From positions 62,001 through 126,000 of IMG/VR virus record IMGVR_UViG_3300009514_000001: 64,000 nucleotides of DNA. One strand, 5' to 3'. The position numbers were made by a program, and so were the translations under genes. Below the pieces are notes generated by a model. That model made no database searches and was not told the origin of the DNA. It worked only from the letters and a program-made list of their open reading frames with translations. Positions 58,201 through 64,000 of this stretch are shown here, piece after piece (position 1 is the first letter of the stretch; every line of letters begins with the position of its first letter).

Positions 58201-58376
58201 CCGATGACATCGGGGGTGAGGTCCACGCTGATGGAAGCGGCCGTGTGAGCCCCCTGGGTGGAGCCTACATGGCTCGTCAGACCAGGACTTGTCCCGCCGA
58301 TGTCCGTCGACTCCTTCTCCGCCGAGTCGAAGCCTGGGCCAGTGTTGAGTGTACCTGGGTCAAGTGGACGAGGCAT
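55287..58376 (-). CDS. Putative structural protein, 1029 aa
   Basis: N-terminal AHTAASIS...TNVEDALDAL motif of the kind seen in tail proteins. Confidence 0.7.
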   Translation of the reverse strand: MPRPLDPGTLNTGPGFDSAEKESTDIGGTSPGLTSHVGSTQGAHTAASISVDLTPDVIGATNVEDALDALAALVPPKPPGLGKFSTVVTQVSGITDWGVLKLNDSQIDLRPGATAEPIDMTEAYGYYYRAPEPADDNPPFSPLGADPATDLTFNVVDGTYTGGGEGSAYAGAFTRDVGGPNPITQSHRIIPDSGGGQGVVASGATYPADRGVLALVCWPAGGDTTAFLAQALTTRCPAAILMGGGVGSQCDGLPGGVFESGLSGSEFDPFAFPGQATGQYDLRELHTALSTIDASALPIVADTTAGQVRLGTDPNAGETPVVGGIPILGAGSVATGGGDDDNFFRYRLPYLSDYTSLQFTPTAEAPRYFLKPTLALDAGTDLTEAGDYGTGFTKDYWTYQLARYRHRFTMDNTGLPPGTPREDGAYMLLHFKTEAAFEALVRDGTAPADSDLYSANLVDWTDPENPTNIAADDSANDFPIASGYHVIRAAIFEDPDGTTGPTPTTADYTLAALANRSMFVSGIAYFLPIDTLGLTLSIDEIQFDATDYFDNTYRTSEEGITGDTYLGNMNPAVLNLAPFSYDLDAGSPTMTVPLAFVQDAGKVRRQRIEFTYQEMGSYTAADGPLPADTIAIALSPDQIFLDGDIDSPAFSTDARMRMFLRRPLGHDVVGTTFLPFPSTALAEISGDNILLHSTRGTAAAKYGNIETAIGSAVPVAGLQSAAKDVEERFLDESYRYRENWNGFVPASDALRLLGPGFQGHPVSPIEVPVQAALAVAPYDSVSWFQERDFIKDISVTGIIGANSQVAGLPERATDFNFPATSPFPSRGILLYPKTDYSTGFRPAFPGDLSNAQKDYSAVTGIVNYVRTFDVAFSRSATVVVAEGQPFFTLRVYGLQLADFAYAAPGPGTADIAIMVKVPGMTTWMDAGRADGDGPSKQDNFLDGAGCKLVGDPLTLDGTVTDGGIVYSQVRVNVGPTVNLFKSANSEVPVLIKVILKDTAGAKALDFTQVSATGDPGSLRGLLGLEIIRP

Positions 58377-61300
58377 CAGACCCCCCCAATAGTCAACAGC
58401 ATGTTCCGGGTCCTGTAAAGGGCCACACAGGTCCGGTTGTCTGTGTCGGTGAACCGCACTGTGTTGTCCGCGTCCAGTTCCGCGAACCGAGTCAGAACCA
58501 GGAGAAGCATCTCGTTCTCTCGGAACAAACGAGTCTCCTGAGTGGCTCGGGCGAGGAACGGCACAAACACCTTGTGGCGAACGGCTCCACTCAGCTCTTG
58601 CGACATGAGCGTTGGACGGTAGGCCGCGGTGTCGGCGAAGTCATAGAAGGCTCGGAACTCCAGGTCCACCTGAGGCGGGTTGGAGCCGTCACCGAAGCTG
58701 AAGGTCTCGGTCTCGTCCGCCGGCACCAGAGTATGCAGGTTGAGCATGCCCGTCTCGGCGTTGAAGTCGGCGATTGACACCTGGGCCGAAGCGCAAAAGA
58801 ACCACTCACCGGGGAACGCCGAGGTCCCTCCATCGTTGACCGGAATTTGATCCATCGGCACCGAGTAGGGGAATGGCAGGTCGATGGAGCCCACACCCGT
58901 CTGGGCCGTCCACATGTTGTCGCCCATGAGGAGGGGCTCCACGAGGAGGTTCGTCGGCAAGCCTCCGGGAACGCCGTGAATGGCTCCGGCCTGAACACCC
59001 GCCGTCTGCGGCGAGTTGGTTCGGTAGTAGACAGTGACCTGGTAGCCGCCGCCGACCGCCCCGTAGTTGGGGATGGAGTCCTGGGCGAAGTAGGTCACCG
59101 TCGAGAGGGTCTGACCACCTCCGGAGAGGGCTCCCGCTAGCTTGAGAAGGCGAGAGCTGCTGCCATACTCCGTCGTCGTCGTGTCGACAGCCACCGGGGT
59201 CGAGATGACCGCGTCGGTCACGCCCGCCACCAGAGTGCCGGAGCCGAAGAGGCGGCGCAGAAATACGATGTCCGTCGCATTGCGGCTGACGAACTGCTCC
59301 GTCGTAATACCCCCGATGGGGGACCCCCCGCCATTCTCACTGGCAACATACTCGACGGTCGCCTCACGGAACCCATTGCGGAACCGAGGAGCCAAGGGGT
59401 CCTCCATATCCGCTGGGCGCTGGCTTGGGTCGTTCTGGAGCATCGGTCCGAAGCTGTAGTTCGTCGAGTCCGGAACCACCTCCAGGTCAGGAGTGTCCGT
59501 GAGGCCCGCACCCTTCGGGTAGGTGACCTCGATCTCAACGAACACGCGACGAGGAGAGCCGACGTCGCCGGCCCCCGTGTCACCCGCCATCGGATAGGTC
59601 GGGTTGCCGTCGACACCACCAACCAGGGCGCCGCCGGAGAGGGTGAAGCTCACCACATCTGAGGTCGCCAGGGTCACCGCGTTGCCAAGGACTCCAACAG
59701 GAACGGCCGTCAGGATAATCGTACTGCTCACAGGCGAGGCCGTCACAATGCCGGTGAAGCTATTGGCGCCGTCGTTGAGAGCCGCCGCGATGTCCGTTGC
59801 GATGGCACTGGTGGGGCCGGTGACGTCGAAGTCATCGGCGCCCGGAGTTCTTGCTCCGGCAACACCAGTCAGAGGAACCCCTCCGATGGTGATGGTCACA
59901 CCAGGGGCGGGAACACCCGCCACGATGATGGAGCCGGTGGCCTGGATGGCACTGAGGTTGAGACCACCGGAGACCACCGTTGGGTTGTTGTCCAGGGTGA
60001 TCTCGACGTGGCCCGTTCCCAGACCAATGATGGACGTCGCCTGGAGGTCCTGGGTCACTGCGGAATCGTAGTGGCCGTCGTCGTGAAACACGCTCAGGAC
60101 ATCCGTGATGACCGTCCCCGGAGGGGCGAAGTCGAGCACGTTCTCCAGGATAGTTGCCAGGCTGGCGGTGGCCGGGTCGAAGGTACCATCCGTCGAGGCG
60201 TTCAGAGCCGTCAGGTCGACGTGGATGACATCGCCGTCGTGCCACCCGACATCCGTACCAACACCCCCCGCCCGGACGACATAGAGGCCCGGGTTGACGA
60301 TGCCTGGCGCCGGGGCTGGCCCCGTCTGTCGGTCCTGGGGCTGGAGACCGAACACTGCCCGCTCGACCACCGGTTGGGCGCCGAAGCGGCGAGCGACATG
60401 GTCGAAGTTGCGGACGGTGACACCACGTCCGGTGTCGCCCGAGGTGGCGTTGTTGCCTCCCGAGGAGCTGTCACGGCCGATCTCGTTGGCCACCAAAGGT
60501 CGGGTCGACACATCCCCGGAGCCGGAGCCCAGGGTCTGTTTGTCGGCCATGTCGATGGCCCACGTCTGGAAGTTGCCATCGAGCAGGCTCTTCATCTGGA
60601 AGGCCAGTTCACTCTGGAGGTCGTGGCCGATGGCGGACGTGTGGCGTCGAAGGTCCAAAACGTCCGTGTCGGCGATGGCGTCGAAGAACAGGTCATCCGG
60701 CCTGTCGCTGGTGTCAACCGCAATGGTTCCTACAGCTGGATTCACGAAGAGAGCGTGAGTCGCAGGAAGAGCACCATTGGTGTTGTTGACCGGGTCGAAC
60801 CCGGCACCGGCACCGGCCAGATAGGCGTCATTGCGCCGGAACACGAAGCAGATGGGGATGGCGTAGACGAACCCGTCGAGGGTGTCGAGGGCCCCTGCGG
60901 CCGTCGAGGAGCCGTCTCCGGCAATCCAGAGGCCTGGGTCGGACAGTCCGTATGCGGTCGAGTCGCTCGAAGACATCGAACTGGCGTTGTCCGCTGGGAC
61001 GAAGGGGTAGCCAGCGACCGGAGACGACTGAGCGCCCTGGGCCAAAAGGACCGAGTTACTGAACCCGTCCGGCGAGGTCTTGAAGTTCACCGCCTCTGTC
61101 TGACCCGTGACTCGAATGCGGTACTGGAGCTGCACCCGCTGGGCTGTCTCGGAAATGATGACCGGGTCCGCGAGGTCGTCGGCGAGATTCACCGAGGAGT
61201 CCGCCAAGACGTTGCCGTGGCGGTAGAGGGTGTCTTGAGTCGGCTTGTTCGGACGGTCTGCACCACCAGAGAGGGTAGCTCCACTTATGACAAGGACGCC

Positions 61301-62062
61301 AGGCACTGAGCTGACCAAAGTGACGGCATTGCCGGCAGTTCCTGCCGCTTGAGCGGTCAGGGTGACCAGGTCGACGCCATCGTCGCTCGCAGCGACGTCG
61401 GTATCGAACGAGTTGGTGCCCAGGTTGATAGCCGCACGGAGGTTGGCCGCCGTGGCGGCGATAGAGCCGCCAATCTGAAACTCGTCAACGGCGGGGGCTC
61501 CGGCCACTGCCGTGAGCACGTTACCGTTGATGGTGACCGTGTCCAGAGCGGAGGGCTGGGAGGCTACCTGAATAGTGCCTTGGGCGCGGGGGCTCGGAGC
61601 AACCAGCGCCAGCCATGTCTCCAGGAACACGAAGTCCGTCCTCTTGACGTCCGGGGCCGGCCCGCCGAGGACCGGAGCGGAGTCGAGCTGGACGATGTTG
61701 TCACCAACCGTCGAGGAGTTGGTGTACTCGATGACGAGGGGGTACCCGGCGACACAAGCAATCTGCTTGGCCAGGTGGAGCTGGTCGACAGCGAAGCTCG
61801 GGTCTCCGGGGGCGTCGAAGCTATAGTCGGCGTAGCCGTCCTTGCGGGACTGCCCCTTGATGAACCCGGAAGGCATCGTGCGCTGGCGAACCAACTCCCG
61901 CAGACGCTGCTGGATGTCCTGCTCCAGGTTGAACTCGCAATCCAAGGCGGGCTTGCCGCTCTGGGCGACGACCCCAACGAAGGAGCGCTCATCAGGCGTC
62001 TTGTCCGCAGACACCGTGTTCGGTGTCGCCTGGCTGCTGTAATGCTTGTCGTGGATTGGCAT
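58376..62062 (-). CDS. Putative tail/baseplate structural protein, 1228 aa
   Basis: VVAQSGKPALDCEFN; two copies of the repeated module. Confidence 0.75.
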   Translation of the reverse strand: MPIHDKHYSSQATPNTVSADKTPDERSFVGVVAQSGKPALDCEFNLEQDIQQRLRELVRQRTMPSGFIKGQSRKDGYADYSFDAPGDPSFAVDQLHLAKQIACVAGYPLVIEYTNSSTVGDNIVQLDSAPVLGGPAPDVKRTDFVFLETWLALVAPSPRAQGTIQVASQPSALDTVTINGNVLTAVAGAPAVDEFQIGGSIAATAANLRAAINLGTNSFDTDVAASDDGVDLVTLTAQAAGTAGNAVTLVSSVPGVLVISGATLSGGADRPNKPTQDTLYRHGNVLADSSVNLADDLADPVIISETAQRVQLQYRIRVTGQTEAVNFKTSPDGFSNSVLLAQGAQSSPVAGYPFVPADNASSMSSSDSTAYGLSDPGLWIAGDGSSTAAGALDTLDGFVYAIPICFVFRRNDAYLAGAGAGFDPVNNTNGALPATHALFVNPAVGTIAVDTSDRPDDLFFDAIADTDVLDLRRHTSAIGHDLQSELAFQMKSLLDGNFQTWAIDMADKQTLGSGSGDVSTRPLVANEIGRDSSSGGNNATSGDTGRGVTVRNFDHVARRFGAQPVVERAVFGLQPQDRQTGPAPAPGIVNPGLYVVRAGGVGTDVGWHDGDVIHVDLTALNASTDGTFDPATASLATILENVLDFAPPGTVITDVLSVFHDDGHYDSAVTQDLQATSIIGLGTGHVEITLDNNPTVVSGGLNLSAIQATGSIIVAGVPAPGVTITIGGVPLTGVAGARTPGADDFDVTGPTSAIATDIAAALNDGANSFTGIVTASPVSSTIILTAVPVGVLGNAVTLATSDVVSFTLSGGALVGGVDGNPTYPMAGDTGAGDVGSPRRVFVEIEVTYPKGAGLTDTPDLEVVPDSTNYSFGPMLQNDPSQRPADMEDPLAPRFRNGFREATVEYVASENGGGSPIGGITTEQFVSRNATDIVFLRRLFGSGTLVAGVTDAVISTPVAVDTTTTEYGSSSRLLKLAGALSGGGQTLSTVTYFAQDSIPNYGAVGGGYQVTVYYRTNSPQTAGVQAGAIHGVPGGLPTNLLVEPLLMGDNMWTAQTGVGSIDLPFPYSVPMDQIPVNDGGTSAFPGEWFFCASAQVSIADFNAETGMLNLHTLVPADETETFSFGDGSNPPQVDLEFRAFYDFADTAAYRPTLMSQELSGAVRHKVFVPFLARATQETRLFRENEMLLLVLTRFAELDADNTVRFTDTDNRTCVALYRTRNMLLTIGGV

Positions 62063-63153
62063 CAGCTATCCCTACCAAACAGGCCTGGGTGGGTCTTGAG
62101 GTTCCTACGCGGAAGTTCCCAGAGGTCGATGATTTCCGAGTATACCCTCTCTATCACCTTCCACAGGGAGTCGTGCTGCGTGAGGACAAACACCTTGTCG
62201 CCTGTCAGCTCCTCGAACTCTTTGATCTTGTCGTCCGCGTCACCAGGCAGAGACCCGTCCGCGTGTTTCCACCCCTTCAACTCTACCCACCCGGAAGGAA
62301 TATGGTGGAGGAAAGGGTCGTACAGTTTGAATTCGGGGGTGTAGTGTCTACCTGAAGGGAGCCTGAATAGAGTCGGCTCATGCTCGTAGGGGATGCCCTC
62401 GTGAGTCAGGATGCGAGCGAAGTTCGCCTCAAGAGTCGACCGACAGTAGTGGTCAAGACCCTTGCGGAACCCGCAGATACCTCGACCCGAGCCTTGGGGT
62501 GGGAAATTTCCGTTACTGATTCTGGTATCGAATCCTTTCTGCCACGTCTCGGGGTTCTGGAACCCAATTAGCTCACCCGACTTAGCAGCCTCTCGATAGC
62601 GCCTCTTTGTGCCTTGAGAGAGAGCTTCGCGGAACTCCGGAGTGTTTCGAACCCTCTCCAACGCCAGGCGACCGGCTCGTCCTCGCCGTTTCCGCTCCTC
62701 TTCGGATAGGTTGTGAGACACCCCCTTACCGCCCTCAGAAATGGCCTTACGGTGCTCTGGGGAAAAGGTCTTGCCCTTCCAGGGCGCCGCCTCTTTCAGT
62801 CTCTCAGACTGTTTCCGACGCTCCTCTTTCGAAGACCACCGACGTCGGGCGGCCTCTGCCTGCTTGCGGCGAGCCTCCGGAGAGCGGGTCCGAGTACCTG
62901 GGACTTCAACCTCCGCCCCGGAATGCGCCTTTCGATAGGCCTCAACATCCATGTCGTGAGCTGTCTTCAGATGTCTCTGAAGACGTTTGCGAACAATCCC
63001 ACACACCTCACAGCGTACCTTCCCCTCTACGGGCTTTTGGTGGCGCTTGTGTTTGGTGGGAGTCGTACGACAGGAGTCGCACTTCACGTTCCCTGCCTTC
63101 GGCGAATACCCCTCGACCTTTATGCTACACGACACGCAAGTCTTCACAGCCAT
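62062..63153 (-). mobile_element. Free-standing putative homing endonuclease: Ros/MucR-like Zn finger, NUMOD3 and PD-(D/E)xK domain
   Basis: CEVCG...RHLKTAH; WKGKTFSPEHRKAIS; RSTLEANFA...YEHE...YTPEF...VELKG. ATG 63153 follows GGGAGG; lower GC than the flanks. Confidence 0.8.
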
Positions 63154-63195
63154 GACACTTGCCTCCCTGAAGTGAGGTTCAACTACGTCATGTTC

Positions 63196-63224
63196 ACTGT
63201 AGTGAGTTGCTGTGAGACCTGCAA
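63196..63224 (-). promoter_or_regulatory. Sigma70-type promoter of the endonuclease gene
   Basis: TTGCAG-N17-TACAGT on the minus strand, 42 nt upstream of the ATG. Confidence 0.55.
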
Positions 63225-63230
63225 GGACCA

Positions 63231-63872
63231 TCAAAAAGTCAGCCTCCACGTGATGGTTAGCCGACTTGCGCTCGGTTTCGCAACGACCGCAAATGGCAAA
63301 TAGTTCAGAAGGATGTCGTACTGCGAGACGTCGACCGTGACGTCCCGAGTAGGGAACGTATCCGGGTTTGGATTGGTCGTCGACGGGTTCGCACTGATGG
63401 GGCTGATGATGCCCATCTCGTTGAGCGGACCAGCGGCCTCCCCCTCGATAAACTGAGTCGTGAAGTCGACGATGTTCGTCGGGATGGCGGAGGCCACGCC
63501 CAGGGTGTCCCGGAAGGTCGTGCTGGCGAAGGTCTTGCGCTCAATTTCGGCGTTGAGCTTGCGCTGCCGAGGGTCAGGTGAGTTGGGCGACAGAAGCGCA
63601 CCCGAGGCGCCCGTCCCCACCGCCAGCATGTAGGCGCCGAAATTGGGCTCGGCGTTGTCCTTGAACAACCTCGCCGCGTGGATGCCAGCATCCAACACGA
63701 TGAGGTTCGTCTTCTTGAAGTAGTGAAGCTGGTTGCCGTCGAGATCGCGCAGGTCGAAGATGAACTCGCCCTTGGCCTTCAACATGCCAAAATCGTCGGC
63801 GTACCTCATCCCCATACTGATTGCCACGGCCTCTCCAGGCTGAGTCATTTTATCGTCGAAGCGCATACCCAT
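63231..63872 (-). CDS. Putative baseplate/tail-fibre attachment protein
   Basis: NLIV...MLAVGTG...Q.KL..E..RK...F.T.F..GEA.G.LNEMG pattern resembling tail-collar/fibre N-terminal proteins. Confidence 0.65.
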   Translation of the reverse strand: MGMRFDDKMTQPGEAVAISMGMRYADDFGMLKAKGEFIFDLRDLDGNQLHYFKKTNLIVLDAGIHAARLFKDNAEPNFGAYMLAVGTGASGALLSPNSPDPRQRKLNAEIERKTFASTTFRDTLGVASAIPTNIVDFTTQFIEGEAAGPLNEMGIISPISANPSTTNPNPDTFPTRDVTVDVSQYDILLNYLPFAVVAKPSASRLTITWRLTF

Positions 63873-63928
63873 CTCTCGCCGACTGAACTCCTATTCTCTG
63901 GTCACCATAGGACGCCTAACGGCTCCCA

Positions 63929-64000
63929 TCAGTTGGCGGCCTCGACAGGAATGACAGTAACTGTTGGGCCTGGAAGGGCGGTTCCACCCGACCATGTGAA
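63929..64000 (-). CDS. C-terminal fragment of an upstream gene, partial
   Basis: FTWSGGTALPGPTVTVIPVEAAN* runs off the window edge. Confidence 0.45.
   Translation of the reverse strand, partial: FTWSGGTALPGPTVTVIPVEAAN

Noticed and set aside
62062-63230. Group I intron around the endonuclease
   Set aside because: Both flanking genes are complete and there is no room for intron core elements.
1-64000. Stop-codon reassignment
   Set aside because: Standard code gives dense, uninterrupted ORFs up to 3789 aa.

Overview
GC-rich window from what looks like a large tailed (jumbo-type) bacteriophage genome. Every credible gene is on the minus strand, often coupled by ATGA/TGATG overlaps; the long plus-strand ORFs are antisense shadows. 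In transcription order (right to left) there are four blocks. (i) About 27 kb of putative tail/baseplate structural genes (213, 1228, 1029, 3789, 260 and 1942 aa), interrupted by a free-standing PD-(D/E)xK endonuclease and closed by an intrinsic terminator at about 36.9 kb. (ii) A replication block: stand-alone MmeI-type target-recognition protein, SNF2 helicase, degenerate DnaC-like protein, DnaB, HD hydrolase, zf-CHC2 protein and family A DNA polymerase. (iii) A beta-class DNA methyltransferase, a double cold-shock protein, a 2411-aa UvrD helicase with three inteins, and an ART-like/metallopeptidase multidomain protein. (iv) A left end with several decayed genes. Six inteins are present. Most notable: an identical C-terminal GILDLFGD tag on the methyltransferase and on two MmeI-TRD paralogues; two sister GIY-YIG-like inteins 39 codons apart; and perfect in-frame micro-duplications inside four of the six inteins. 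I saw no tRNA, rRNA or CRISPR array. All family assignments come from motif recognition by eye, not database searches.
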